From positions 1-64,000 of the forward strand of contig CDRNVI010000060.1 of assembly GCA_977017575.1 (NCBI GenBank): a DNA stretch of 64,000 bases. The letters run 5' to 3'. The first letter of the stretch is position 1. Each line of letters begins with the position of its first letter. The translations under genes and the position numbers were made by a program. Shown piece by piece: positions 35,640 to 48,827 of this stretch. The notes under the pieces are model-generated. The model had not been told where the DNA came from. It searched no databases and worked only from the letters and a program-made list of their open reading frames with translations. The DNA comes from Paramoeba atlantica (Eukaryota > Protista > Discosea).

Positions 35640-37178
35640 CAGGGGGGGTCACGAAAAAGGTGGGGGGTCTAAAATTTGTACCGTGCGAGCTTTTGACCTA
35701 ATTCCTTCGGCATTCAACAGATCTCGAAATTTTAAGGCTACTGGCACCATTGTTGCCGCCCCTGAAGCTGATATGACGTCATGATAAAATTTTACTGAAT
35801 TTTCAGGTAAAAAATCGGATTTTTATCATTTTTTATCATTTTAGCCCATTAATCTATGAATAAAATACCACTTAACTCTTTCTAACACATCTTTTATGCC
35901 GAAAACACTTCGCCGCCAGAGGCGCACCCTCTCGACGCAACAAATCACTTATGAAACACGTGTAATTTGCGTCCATGAGGTACAAAACCAGGGACGTTCG
36001 ATTACAGACACTGCTGCTCTTATGAAATGCAGTGAAGCAACTGTCTCTCGATGGGTTAAACGCCACCGGTAGACAGGAGGGTTAGAACGTATAAAATACA
36101 TACGTAAGAATGCGATTGATAATGAAGAGTTTCGAATAATGTTAGAATCTATTGTAGATGAAGAGAATCAACGTAGTCCCATTGGCTGTTCATCTTGGAG
36201 GTGGGTTCACCGCCAGATCGATCAAACCAAGTACCCATGCTCTCTTTCGTCTGTGAAAAGATCACTGAAATGGAGCGGGTACATAAGCAGAAAAATGAGG
36301 AAAGTTCCTCATCTCACGCCTCAGCAGAAATTCGACCGCCTGGAGTGGGCAAATCGTTTGGAGAGGTTCACCCCTTTTCAGTACGCCCGTATTCTGTGGA
36401 CGGATGAAAAGATTTTTAAATGCGGGTACCACTCACGCAATATTTGGTACATTTGCAAAAGGTCAGATGAACCCCTTGAGGTACCAAAAGATGTTGAGAA
36501 ATATTTCGGAGGAAAGGGGGTTCATATTTGGATGGCGGTGAGCCTTGAATGGGGGGTTCCCAAGGTTCACTGTTTTCATGAGTTTGCGGAGAATGAGACG
36601 GTCACGAATGAAACGTTTCTCTCTGCCATAACAAAACGAAATGGTTTCTACAACTGGTTAAAGCGTAAACCAGCGGCAACAGTAATCATGGATAACGCTC
36701 CGGGCCATAATCACGCTCGCCGCGTCGGCAGAGACATGGGTATCAGCATTCCTGATTGGCCTGCCAAGTCGCCGGATTTAAATTTAATTGAAAATTTGTG
36801 GAGCATGATGGATCACCAGATAAAATTTACTCTCCGCCCCACAAACCGTAAGGAACTACAAGCTGCAATTCCAAAAGCGCTTGATTATCTATTATCTGAT
36901 ATGAAAGCATCGTATACTAATACTTCCCGTCCCGAATCACACTTCTTCGAGAAAAAAACGGGGGATCAATAATGAAATAGTGAGAAAATCCAAATATGCA
37001 AAAAACAAAAAAACCTGTTTTTTGCTGACTCACCATTTATCACTCAACCTTATATGCCTAAGTAGTTATAACTCACGTAGTCTTAAAATTTCGAGATCTG
37101 TTGAATGCCGAAGGAAATAGGTCAAAAGCTCGCACGGTACAAATTTTAGACCCCCCACTCTTTTCGTGACCCCCCCTG
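35640..37178 (+). mobile_element. Tc1/IS630 element B with ~95-bp TIRs; DD32E transposase 35896-36972 with one premature TAG at 36070
   Basis: TA-cagggggggtcacgaaaa..., mirrored at the right end. Motifs LWTDEKIF and MDNAPGH...SPDLNLIE. Confidence 0.9.
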
Positions 37179-37184
37179 TATATA

Positions 37185-38121
37185 TATACATGTATATATG
37201 CGTCATTTTTGCGGGAACGTAAAGAATGGAACAGTTTGCATCTTGCAACAAGCTCTGTACCTCGCTATGCTGTGTAGCCTGGTCAAGCAATAGCAGGGCG
37301 GGTGCATTTTCGTCACCAAGAGCCGTTCGAACGTCGCTAACCACTGAAAGGAAAAGGGTTACCCATTTTTTAAAACTTTCTGCATCTTGAAAATGAGAAC
37401 CAGCTCGATGGTCTTGTGTAATGCGCGGATTAATGGAGTCTTCGCTTACTTTTACATGGACGCCGCTAGTAGAGCCCTTCCATAATAAATGCGCGTTATG
37501 AAAGGACCCATCTGAAGATACTAGAATTGTACATGTGAAACCCATGCGAGGCGATGAAATTTGAATTGGTATTCCTTTCGCCGGCTTTGTCCACGTCCAA
37601 GAACGATCATTGTTATCGAGGTTGCAAAAGAACTCGTCCATGTTAAAGACAAGCTCGGGTCGAATAACGCTGAAATGTTCTAGGTCCTCATAGAAACGCT
37701 CTCCTGCACATTTTATTTCACGGGGAGAAACACGCCGATCAGAGCTTGCTGATCGCACAGCAAAACCGTGCTTGTGTAAGAAATTTCTTGCGCAGGAGTC
37801 GCAAATTGAAAATGGCCCCCCGTTTTCAAAAAGAATTTCAGGTCTGGTGCGAGACATTACCCCTCGAACAACAGTTGCTACAAGCTGAGCGTCAACAGGT
37901 CTGCTTGCATCATTTTGTAGCTTTACTCCATCTAAAATATCTTGGGTCTCTTCTGCCGTTAAAGCGTGTTGCCTACCTCGCTTTCGTGTATCGCTTTCAT
38001 TTTGCAAGCGGTAGGCGCTGCTTCTGCTCATTTTTTTGATGTGATTGATTCCATATCCGAATGCTATCTGCAATTGAATGATGGTTGCGTAATGTGAAAA
38101 ATTCGCTTCTCTCATCTGCAC
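37185..38121 (-). pseudogene. pogo/Tc5-type (DDE_1) transposase, truncated at element B
   Basis: HTH region, VFNMDE, LLLLDQATQH and VPAKMTH. The sequence then runs into the TIR of element B before the final catalytic D. Confidence 0.85.
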
Positions 38122-38486
38122 TCCAAGTCTGACGCTTGCTCTCCTGGGTTCTATTGTTGTACTCTTCTACCGCTTCGACTACTGTGTGGGAGACGCAAAA
38201 GTGAGACTCAGCAAGGGTTGGGGGGCCTGGGCCATGGGAGGAAAAAATAATTGCTAATTATAAACTGCCTGAAAATGCCAAAAATTGTCGAAAAATAATT
38301 ATTCCCTTAATTAGTGTTCCCTTAATTGATGTACCCTTATTTAATGTGTCTCTTAATTAATGTTTCCACGATAATTTCTATTAATAAATTAAAGAAATAA
38401 TTTCTATTTATAACAATTATTAACTGCCGCTATGGTTGCCAACCTTTAAAGCCAACCGTCGGGAAAGTTTCTCATTCTAACTTCCC

Positions 38487-39239
38487 CTACATGTGTAATA
38501 AGGCTATTAACGTGTTGTCAACCTTTAAAGCCAACCTTCGGGACAGGTTTTTCATTCTGACTTCCCCTTGAAGTTTCTTGTTCCCATTCATCCATAAGAT
38601 GCGTAAACTTAGAGGTAACGCATCAAAAACTACGTCGCCTTCAAAAAAATTATGAGAAAGATGTAGGTTTTCAAGGTGGGGAGGCAGATGACGTAAGTCC
38701 AGGTGACCCGAAAACTGGTTTCCGGTCAAATTAAGACGTCGCAGTTCCAAAGGCAGACGGTTTAGGGTAATTTCCCCTGTAAACTTATTCCCATCCAAGT
38801 ACAAAGAACCCAAGCCTTCGGGCAAACCCGTAAGATCAATGGTCCCTGTAAAAGCATTATCAGAAAGACTCAATACCTTTAGTACGCACGGAAGCATATC
38901 GAAACAAACGCTGCCGGAAAGCTCATTTTTGGCGACCTGGAAGCCAATCACGGAATCTGGAAGGTATTGTAAATGAAGCTCCCCATGAAGATTTATTGAT
39001 TCCCAGTCCATAGCATCAACTTTTGAGTTCGAGTCGCAAGAGACGAAGCTCCATTGACAAGCCGGGGTATTCGTATTCCAGGATGGCAACGGATTTCTAA
39101 GGTCTTGAATAAGATGTGCGAGGCTATACTCCTGAGGCAGTGGTGCGCCCCGCACCTTGCTTGGCTTCAAAACTGAAGAATCAGTGGCGTGCTTTAAAGA
39201 AGAAGTCAAGTCTACGAAATAGAAGAGTGATATGGACAT
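38487..39239 (-). CDS. LRR protein with N-cap, 250 aa
   Basis: KVRGAPLPQEYSLAHLI, ACQWSFVSC and LRRs. About 50 bp of the 3' end is duplicated immediately downstream. Confidence 0.9.
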   Translation of the reverse strand: MSISLFYFVDLTSSLKHATDSSVLKPSKVRGAPLPQEYSLAHLIQDLRNPLPSWNTNTPACQWSFVSCDSNSKVDAMDWESINLHGELHLQYLPDSVIGFQVAKNELSGSVCFDMLPCVLKVLSLSDNAFTGTIDLTGLPEGLGSLYLDGNKFTGEITLNRLPLELRRLNLTGNQFSGHLDLRHLPPHLENLHLSHNFFEGDVVFDALPLSLRILWMNGNKKLQGEVRMKNLSRRLALKVDNTLIALLHM

Positions 39240-40286
39240 TTAGGTACTATAAATAGATTTAGATACTAGAAATAGAATTTAGATAGATTTAGATAGATGT
39301 ACTAGTAATAGAACCGTGATGTATTTCCTGGTGCGTGAAGAGTCTGATGGATGGTTACTCTATGCTTCAAAAACGGTATCCAACAAAACGCTCCACCAAT
39401 AATTTGCGTTTCACCGGCACTCAGAAGGTACCCGAAAAACTCTTTTTTGAAAACATTCCGCAGTCGACCAAACTTCAACCTGAGTGGTTCTGAGTAATAA
39501 TTTGTTACTAATGAATAACAGCATTTATAAAACAATATTTCCTGCAATTTGAGTGATTACTCCCCCGGTCAAAAATAAAGGAAAATGAAAATCCAGAAAA
39601 GGAAAATTTATTTTCTCATTTTCATTTTCCTTAATGATAATGCGTCTCGGAATGACCATGTCAACGTGCAACTCCATTTGAGAACCAAAAATGAGAATGG
39701 CCAAAAAAGCTCCATACAGATTCTGCACTTCCTCTTTATACCTAATATTACTCTCCCCCTATCCTAGAGTTCCCTCGTTTGCCTTCAGTGGAAAGGGGCA
39801 CCGTTGCTGAGACTGGAAAAGAATTCATACGACTTGCAAAGGCCCCGGTTCTTGGCAAAGGGGGGCGTCGAATGATGTACTTGCTCATCGGCCCACGATC
39901 GTCTGGGGCATATTCAGACATAGAGATGATAATTCGAAGATCGTAATTTAATCTTTTTTAGGCTCTTCGTTAAACGCGGTGGTTGTTTTTAACATAGAAG
40001 TCACTCATGCTGCGCGTTTCGCGTTGAAAACTACCACCGCGTTTAACGAAGAGCCTAAAAAAGAAATTATGGTCTGGAAAGCTGAAGAAAACGGAAGGAA
40101 TTGAGCCAAAAATAGCCGATTTTTAGGTAAAAATAGGACCATTTTTGCATTTTTTTTCTCTCAGAGCACTATATCCAACATTTGCGTGTGGGAAATCACT
40201 CGTACGCATGAATTCAAGGCTGCAGAACGTAATGGGTATAGAATGCGACTCAAACCACCCCATTCTTCCGACCCAAAAATAATGTT

Positions 40287-40628
40287 TCAATTCAAAAAAT
40301 AATAATGTTTCCATTCAATCAACGCAGCGTGAGCGTCACGCACTGATTCAATTGTGGCATTCGCGTCGCCTCGATGCAGTATACGACTGCATGTGCTCGG
40401 ATGCAGTGAGAACATATAACATAAATCGGCCTGATTGAAAGTGCCGATACTGTGTAAAATTTTTAACGTGAAAACTCCTGTTTCACTTAACCCCCCTCTA
40501 CCTGTACAAACAATCGGCAAACCAAGACGTTTTTTGTTGCGTTTCTTCATGGGACGCTCGGCTCGCTTTTTCTGGGGAGAAGGAACACCGCCGGTATTGG
40601 TGATACACAGTCTCCTCAGTGCAGCCAT
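40287..40628 (-). pseudogene. Harbinger/ISL2EU-type transposase HTH fragment
   Basis: QADLCYMFSLHPSTCSRIL resembles HTH_Tnp_4. Confidence 0.45.
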
Positions 40629-40730
40629 GGTGACAAGAAGTTTTTGTTGCTCTTTTTGTTGAGCTTTGAGAGCGGTTTGTATCTCAACGTATTTTGTTTT
40701 TGGTGTGAACCCCCTAGGCCCACCGGAAGC

Positions 40731-40895
40731 CTACCCCCTAACACCGCGACGGTACCAATCTTGTACCGCCGCCTGAACGATTTGAGAGTTGCCTTTCTGT
40801 ATGGCCACCCCTATGGTCATAAGGATGTGGGAAAGTCATCCGTTCTTGTCAGATGTGTGGGCCCTGGCCACCTTGTTAAGGAAATTTAGGGTCCA
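40731..40895 (-). pseudogene. CRE-clade retrotransposon C-terminal end
   Basis: LNFLNKVA..GVAIQKGNSQIVQAAVQDWYRRGV*, homologous to 49823-50185. Confidence 0.7.
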
Positions 40896-42642
40896 AATCA
40901 TCATGTACATGCATGTCCTCTTCATCTTCATCCTCATCAACGTCCTCATCTTCATACTCATCAACGTCATCTTCATCCACATCACAGTAGAGAAATCGAG
41001 TTCGACATCCGTTCGAGACTGTAATGTTTGTTTGCAGAAAGTCGTAAGACAAATACTTCTTCAGAATCGTGAAATCGTTTTAGAAGATTGCGATACTTAC
41101 GTTTAACTGTGCGAAGCTCCTTTTTCTGAGCGAATCTGTTATCTTCAATGACTCTCAGAAGCGTAGAAGCGTCGGGAATGATAGAAAAATGCTCGGCAAC
41201 CGCTAGCGTATTGGTTACCTCACAGGAAGATTCGGGCGAGTTAATGACCCCGGGAGAAGAAGCCATACCAAGTTCCATAATCTTTTTTAAGGCAAAAGCA
41301 TCTTCCAGAAGTTGCGCATCGAACAGACAGCGCTTTCGAAATCCTCAACGGGAACGAATTCCGTCTCGTCTCGAAAACGCTCCGCAGTCTTCGTCTTTGT
41401 CATCTGCATGGCGCTCAACGCCCTTGAGAGAAGCATAAATGGAAATGCTCTCTTCTTCACTCCACTCATCCTCGCAAGTAGAGGAACTTTCTTCATCGCT
41501 AGGTTCCCAGTCTGGGTCGTCGCTGGCTGAAAGGGCCAGGTCGGAGTTCGTAGCGGTATCGGTAGAAGAAGTAGAAGAAGCGTCAGAAAAGGTTGGCCGA
41601 CTGTGATCGGACTCGGAGTCAAGAAGAGAAGGCGTGACTGGGATTATGTCACGAAATGGCATGTTAGGATAAATAAAAAAAATCGAGCTCAACGAAAAAA
41701 AGTGATAAGGTTAAGAAAAATTGATTATATTTTTAATATTTTCGGTAAAGTTAAGAATCACGAGTTTAAAGCAATTTTCCGACGTTCTCTCTAGGGGTTC
41801 ACTCATTTTGCTTTTTATACGACCAGAATTGGACTTCAGACGCAAAATTAAAGTACGTTGCATTGTTTTCGCATGGGGGTGTAGCAATAAAATTCATCGA
41901 TGCCCAAACGTGGACAAAAATGGGAGAAAAGTCAATAGAATAACCGAATTTGATCAATGAAAGATCATTTTTGTTTCTAGAAATTTATGTGAAAAACGGA
42001 GAAAAATTCAAAAAATTGGGGTACATTTTCACCATAGAATACCCAAATTTTTTTTTGGTATTTTTTTCGTCAAAATGAAATTGATTTCATTTTTTTCCCG
42101 AAAACATCCGAACTTGGCGGACCCCTCCTGCGGATGCGCGGGAGGGTCACCCCCGGGTAGAGGGGTGGAAAATGCGCGACAAGACCCCGGCTACCCCTTT
42201 TGCGGTTTTTTTTTGGAAAAATATTTTTTTCAAAAAAATTTGCTCGACCATGCCCCCCCTAGACCCCCATTTTTTTTGATTTTTTTTGATAATGCGAATT
42301 TATGTAAGAAATTTTGAAGAATGTGTACTTACAGTAACTAACAAAAGTGTTCAAATGTTTTCACAAATTTTAATGTTTTTATATTTTACAAAAGAGATGC
42401 AGAGGATAATGCAGTAGTATATTACAGTAGTGTAGGCTGGAGTAGTGCTTACATTCCCACGTACTTAGACTTCATCAACGATCTTACAATAAAAAACTAT
42501 GAAAGATATAATGCGATCCCAACACTTGAACACTTTTTTCACTTTTTTGAGATTATTTTTTTTTGACCAAAACTTTGCCTTACTTCACCCTTACCAAACC
42601 AAAATGACCAAAACTTAATACTTCGTAAGTCCCCCCTTCGCC

Positions 42643-43430
42643 CTAATTACTGCCCTTAAACGACGGGGCATGCTGCGGACAAGAGGAAGACATGCACTCG
42701 GAGGAAGGCCTGCCCACGCTTTTTGGGCGCGTTCCCAAAGTTCCTACGGGAGGATCTGGATGATCCGCAGTCGACTTTTTGAGCTCGCCCCATAGGTGCT
42801 CTATGGGATTTAAATCGGGAGATTGCGGGGGCCAGTCTAGGGCACACAATTCTTGTAAACGAAGGAATTCCCGGGCCTTCTTACTCGTGTGCTTTGGATC
42901 ATTATCTTGTTGGAAGATGATCCGGTCCTTCATGACTTCCAACTTGTGGAGGGAAGGAGACAAATTCTGTTGAAGTATTTGAACGTACTGTTCAGCATTC
43001 ATGTTGCCATGAACCAGAGCAATGGAGCCCACGCCGTGAGCCATCATACACCCCCATATCATGATGGATCCCCCACCGTACTTCACGGTGCTGTGTGTAT
43101 TTCGCTCTGAAAGTGCTTCCCCAAAGCTCACCCACGCCCACCGGCTGCCATTCGACTCGAAACGGCAGATCTTACTTTCATCAGTGAAAAGCACACGGCT
43201 CCAGTCGGCGTTCTTCCAATGCTCATACTTCTTTGCAAAGGCAAGACGTAGAGCTTTGTGACGCTTCGTAAGGTGGGGTTTCCGTAATTTCTTCTTCCCC
43301 TTCAAACCACGCTTCCGAAGGGAAACCCGAATGGTTTGGGGCGAAACATCTGCAACCCCCTCATCTCTCAACCTTTTACTGGTCGCGACTGCATCCTTAG
43401 TTGCACCGCTGGTGATGATGAAAACGCATT
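42643..43430 (-). pseudogene. Tc1 transposase DD34E, 5'-truncated and 3'-frameshifted paralog of 24606-25616
   Basis: LFTDESK and FQQDNDPKH...SPDLNPIEHLW. Confidence 0.9.
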
Positions 43431-43835
43431 TAAATGCTTTTATACGAGGAGCGCGAAGTATTCATCATTACCAATGATGTATGTCAAATGATAATCTCTA
43501 TTTACCTAATAAGAATAGTTGTATACCTCTTTATTGCTATATCTACATAAATTCATACTGCCCTGTTCGTCTAACGTCCACGCCCACCGTTCTCACCCGC
43601 CCTCTTGACCATGTAGTTTACAGTTTAGATTATATTCGTGTCGTATTATGAGTAAACACGGCGCCGCGAGGCATTCCGGGTAAAAGTAGCGCAAAAACAT
43701 GTACGACTGAAGAGCGAGCCTGAAGAACGAGCGAATGGGTGGACGCGGGCTACCCACTCGTAAGTCCATAAGCCACATAAACAAGCAAGTATAGTATCAC
43801 CCCGTTACAATCTCTTGGTTGTACCGTGCCGAACA

Positions 43836-43897
43836 TAATTACGCCCGTACATAATTACGCCCAACTTAATTACGCCCAAACTTAATTAAGCCCAAAT
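43836..43897. repeat. short tandem repeat of taatta(c/a)gccc, 4 copies
   Basis: Read directly from the sequence. Confidence 0.8.
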
Positions 43898-45270
43898 GGG
43901 TTGGTCAGGCTGCGGGCGATCCCCCCCGATGCCATCACCCTGCAGGGGGATCGAGGAAAATACCGGTGAAACGGTACCGGCGAAACGAGCTTCGCCTGTT
44001 TTGCCCACCTTTACCTTCAACCAGTTCAACGTGTGAGAGAAAAGCTAAAACGATCATTGAAAGGAGTCTGAGACGGAATCATGAAATTAATTTTTTCCGA
44101 TTTTTCCCCCAAAATGACAAAAAATTAATTATTTCCTTAATTAATGTTGCCTTAATTACCATTAATTGAAATTTCTACGGTACGTGGGTAAAAAGAATTT
44201 TAGAAAAAATCTATAGGATTTCTGAAAAATCCTCTCATTCCAATAGTAAATTAAGTAGCGCCTGGACATCAATCTCTTCTTAACTTTCAGATGGTGTTTT
44301 GTTCTGACGAAAACTCATCAAGCACTACCTTCGGAATCGTAAAGTTATCTATAAAAAATGGAAGATTCTTTTTCAAAAGATTTAGAAAACAGTTTATCGA
44401 ACATAACGTTTGTTACGCTCAAACTTACTTACACTCAAACTTAATTAAGCCCAAATAAATAAATATAAAGAATAGGTAGTAGAAGGGGAATAGATTGCGT
44501 CAGGCGAACAGAGGCGAACCGACCCCGAACCTGAATGGTTTCACTCCTCTTAACGCGGGAGGAAAAAGTCACCGGGAATCCCAATAACTAAAAGTCCCCG
44601 GGAATCCCAATAACTACAACTAACCACGCGTATTATCCCTGAAGCCACGAAAGCGGACTGACGTGTATGTCTATTGTTTTCTTCAACATCAATCGCCTTT
44701 TCTATTCTCCGGGACCCGCTTCAAACAGTATCAGTATTCATAAAATCAATGAAGCACATGTAAAGGAAGCCATTATTCAGCGAGGAAAAGATCTCTTGTC
44801 GAAGAAAATACTGAATGCCAGCGCTCTCTTTGATCTTGGAAAAATACAAAACGTTGAGCATACCGTCTCGGGTAGCCTAGGACAGGTGAAATTACCTTTC
44901 AGTTTCCTCGCCGTCCAATCGATGGTAACGATTTCATCATCTGAAGTACAAACGACGCCGGCCCACAAGCATGCCTGTGTTTCATTCTTGGTAACGTTTT
45001 CTCGAGATGCTCAATAAATTGTGTCATTTGTATGTCTTATGAGAGGATGGCTTCCCGCACTTTACCCAGACGTGTTCGAATCTTGGGTGAATCAGCGAGA
45101 GCAGCTCTTGTAATGAGCTGCTCTAGAGATGACATTGACGTTTAATAAAGAATAGTGATGATAACGTGCGTTGCGTGCTTGGTATATGGTAGTCCCTTTT
45201 CCCCGCACCTATTTTCCCTTTACCGACTTTTCTCTACCGACTTTCCCCCTACCGATTTCTCCTTTTCTTT

Positions 45271-45714
45271 TTGTTGTCCACCCAACCTTTGCCCAGCTAC
45301 CGTATGCCGCAGTGCCCCATCGAATGCGCAGTAAAGGACCCTTGTATTCAGTGTCACAGGGTTTCAGTCCTCATAGGTTCAAACTACTGTCCGTTGTGCA
45401 ATTCTCCTCAAGATGGAAAACGACTTTCGGCCAACACCCTAGACCACAAAGACTGCGCTGGTAGGAAGCTTTTGTTGGTTCTAGGTGACTCAATATTTGA
45501 AATTGATCAAAAGTTTGTTCAGCATGTTCAGGGTGAGATCATGGACAAACTTGGTAATTCAATGGAGAATGATCCTACTGAACTTCTTTCTATCCGGGAT
45601 GAGCTTGTTCAACTGCGGATTCTCAAAAAGGGATTCGAAAGCACAAGCAAAATTATGAAAATTAAGAGTTCCGTAAACCAAAGAATTTATTTAATATATC
45701 TTTCTTTCCTGTAA
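45271..45714 (+). other. Cys-rich ORF, possible accessory gene of the adjacent Harbinger/ISL2EU relic
   Basis: CxxxC, CxxC and CPLC motifs followed by a helical region. Function not recognised. Confidence 0.3.
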
Positions 45715-46180
45715 TAAAATCGTCATAATCTTTCCTCTGCTTGATACTGAAGCTTGGCCGTATTGAAACCCGGGAATACACCTCTGACACACCCCTTAAA
45801 ACATCTGAAATCTGTGACGCACAACCAGATATACCCCGCGATACACCTGATGCTCCCTACGTCCGAGTAGGGATATTCCGAGTTGTCCTTACGCGGTTCA
45901 AGACATCGCGCTCTCACCTTTTTTAAACTCCATTATCCCTTTGAAGAAATTTTTGCGAGTTTTCATTTTTTGCAGTGGTGGTAGCTAAGACATTATATCA
46001 GAACTCGTGTCCTTGAAATTTGGAACCGGTTGGTCTCAATGTTCTTGTTCTGACAAGAACAACAAAGACCCGAGCTTCTTGAAAACCTGCATTCCGATGT
46101 GAAGGATACATGGCTTTGGATTCTGATATTTTACACCATGAATCAAACACAGTTCTTCCTTTTAGGATAAGGATATAAAC

Positions 46181-46728
46181 GTGGTGATGGACACAGTGCC
46201 ACTGCACGTTGATAGCTTGCCTCACTGCTATCAGCCAAAATATGCTACACATGTTGTGAAAGCTCTTGTAGCATGTACAATGTCTGGACACGTTTGCTTC
46301 ACAACAGACACATTGCACTGTGGAGCCTCATCCGACGCCGTTATTAATAACTGTAGTGGTATTTTAGATTTTCTGGGACGTAATCATCTTCGCGCTCTTG
46401 CTGATGGGGAATTTAACGGCAGTCTTACCGATATAGACTAATGGTACCCCATTCTAAAGCCAAAGTTTGTTGTTCGAAGCGAACAAAATCTAAGTCTACG
46501 CAAAAACATCATGATTCAGAAGCAGAGAGTAAAATGTACTTCAATGAGAAGTTGGCTCACTTTAGAGCGCGGGTCGAACACATTTTTTCTCGTTCGTGCT
46601 GCGGCAAATGGCTCGCTTTTAAACAGTGGACTCGTAGTCCAGATTTTCTTTACTACGCCTTTTCGTGCGCTCTCATGGTACATAACATCGAAGTGTTACG
46701 TTCCCCTAACATAACATGGAAGGGTTAA
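46181..46728 (+). pseudogene. PIF/Harbinger/ISL2EU (DDE_Tnp_4) transposase, frameshifted
   Basis: VMDTVP, YQPKYATHVVK, GASSD, LADGEF and FNEKLAHFRARVEHIF. Confidence 0.8.
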
Positions 46729-47960
46729 CTTGAGGACCACGCGACGGAGCCATAGGCTACGTCATAGGAATCCCTGCGTGCGACCGGCGTTGAATGTGCT
46801 AATGGCCGTCGCACGACAGGCATCTCTCTCTGCAGGCCTTTGTATGAAAAAATAACACGACGAAAATAAGTCTACAATAAATATTATTAGAGGCCCAAAT
46901 TATCAATAATTCCGCTACTATGGGCAGTGGTTTAATACGTTTTAGGAGTCGATTTTGGAAAATTAAGGTTTTTTACGTTTTTTGGCCAAAAATGTTTTCT
47001 TCTGTAAGCCCCTTTTTTTTTTGGAAATTTCGAATTTATCAGACCCCTCCTGCGTGTACCAGAGGGGTCACCTCCAGGTGTGAGGGTAGAAAATCATCGC
47101 CGCGGCATACTCGAATACTTCCTTTTGAAAAACAACAAAAAAACAGAGCGCGTATGCCTCGCCCTCTGGACCCATTTTTTGAATTATTGTCCTATTTTTA
47201 GACCACCGGAGCCCCCTTTATGTTCTGTTCAAAATGTTTTAGGAGCAAAAATTGTGATACCCCCGTTCCAAAATACATTGATATTAAAAATGTATAGCGG
47301 AAGTGCCCGGCTTCTTCCACCTTTTTACAGCAGAGGCGAGTATCGTGGCGGTTCCTTTCGAAATAGCGATATTTATGGCTTGCAGAGCGTGACGCAGGAA
47401 ACTTGTCCTGTAATTCGTATATGCCACGATTTCTTTTACTAGAAGTATGGTTCTGGACCCATTTTTGTTCCATCATTGGGTTTTTGTTTCATTTTTGGAC
47501 CACCGGGGCCCCTTTTTTCTGTTCCCTTATTGTTATTGTTTTACTTTATTACTGTGTTCGTCTTTATATTTTCACTGTTTTCATTCGTTTTTTTTCGATA
47601 ATCGAGGGTAGAGCGGTAGTTATACAACCACCGCAACTGTAATTTGTACTGTGTAACAAGAAAACATAAATACGGGGGTGCATCCGTGTGGTGCATCTCA
47701 AAACAAAACTCTTCGAGAGCTCTCAAATGCGTTATTATTTTCCAGAACTTCTTTCTAAGTAGATGTTTTTAAATAGACTTCTTTTTAAGTAGATGTAACT
47801 AATAGTTTACATGTGCCTGTATCATACAGGTTATATACATACAGGCTGTATATGCAATACCTTCAAAACCTACTGTATGAAGTTGCGTAACTACACATGA
47901 AGCTGTGAACTATACATGAAGCTGCGTAAGGTCATTCTGTGTAAGGTCATGTATAGTCAT

Positions 47961-48827
47961 TCACTCGGAAGCCTTCTTCTGAGAAATTTTCGTGTTTGCA
48001 TAACGAAACGCGTAAGGTCGTGTCAAACGCTTTGGTAAAAACGACTCGTCAAAAACACCGCAGAGTTCTTCGTTGCCGTTCAAGTACAAGGAGTCCATCT
48101 TCTGAGGGAGGTGATCCAAGTCTAGCTCGCCATAAAGTTGGTTGCCGTCTAATAGAAGGAATTCTAAACTGAGAGGCAAGTGCGCTAAATCAGGGGCCCT
48201 TGTAAACTTGTTGTCGCTCAGATACAACATCCGTAGCCTAGGAGGCAGTGTATAGAAGTTTAAGCCACCAGTCAATCTGTTCGAGCATAGGTGCAGTTCA
48301 CACAAGCTTTTGGGGAGTGCTGTGAGATCGATCTCACCATAAAAAAGATTTGTGCCCAAATTCACGTAACGTATATTTTCCGGAAGGTGTGACAAGTCTA
48401 ACAATCCATCAAAATGGTTGACCATTATCTGCATCACATCCAATTGTGAAGGTAATATTTGAAGCGGAATCTGACCATTCAGATCATTCCGATATGCATT
48501 CATCGTGCTAACGGTGCGGGGCAAGTAGTCCCAACGAAAAGATCCGCTCAACTTTTGATCGTGCCAATTCAGGGTGCACACTTCCTTTTCCGCCCTACAT
48601 ATCACGCCATACCATTCACATGCTGGAGTAGTTGTATTCCAATTCTTCAAAGGAGAATATTCAGAGGATTTCTTAGCAAACGTAACATTGGCAATAAACC
48701 GGGCGAGGTCGTACTCTTGAGGTAATGCCAATCTTCCTACCTTTGACGGAGCCGTTCGATACATCGTGGTCGTACGAAGTTCTGTTGTGCCGGAAGTATC
48801 TTGTGAACTTGAGAACAGCAACATCAT
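47961..48827 (-). CDS. LRR protein with N-cap, 288 aa
   Basis: KVGRLALPQEYDLARFI, ACEWYGVIC and LRRs. Confidence 0.9.
   Translation of the reverse strand: MMLLFSSSQDTSGTTELRTTTMYRTAPSKVGRLALPQEYDLARFIANVTFAKKSSEYSPLKNWNTTTPACEWYGVICRAEKEVCTLNWHDQKLSGSFRWDYLPRTVSTMNAYRNDLNGQIPLQILPSQLDVMQIMVNHFDGLLDLSHLPENIRYVNLGTNLFYGEIDLTALPKSLCELHLCSNRLTGGLNFYTLPPRLRMLYLSDNKFTRAPDLAHLPLSLEFLLLDGNQLYGELDLDHLPQKMDSLYLNGNEELCGVFDESFLPKRLTRPYAFRYANTKISQKKASE

Noticed and set aside
36070-36072. Stop-codon reassignment (TAG as Glu, TGA as Trp, Blastocrithidia-like), suggested by RHR*TGG and a few other in-frame stops
   Set aside because: The 872-aa helicase and the 1523-codon RT ORF contain many Glu and Trp residues with no in-frame stop, and genes end in TAA, TAG and TGA. 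The isolated stops lie in decayed elements.
24000-47000. Fanzor/TnpB nuclease associated with the Tc1 or Harbinger elements
   Set aside because: No ORF shows RuvC motifs with the CxxC zinc ribbon.
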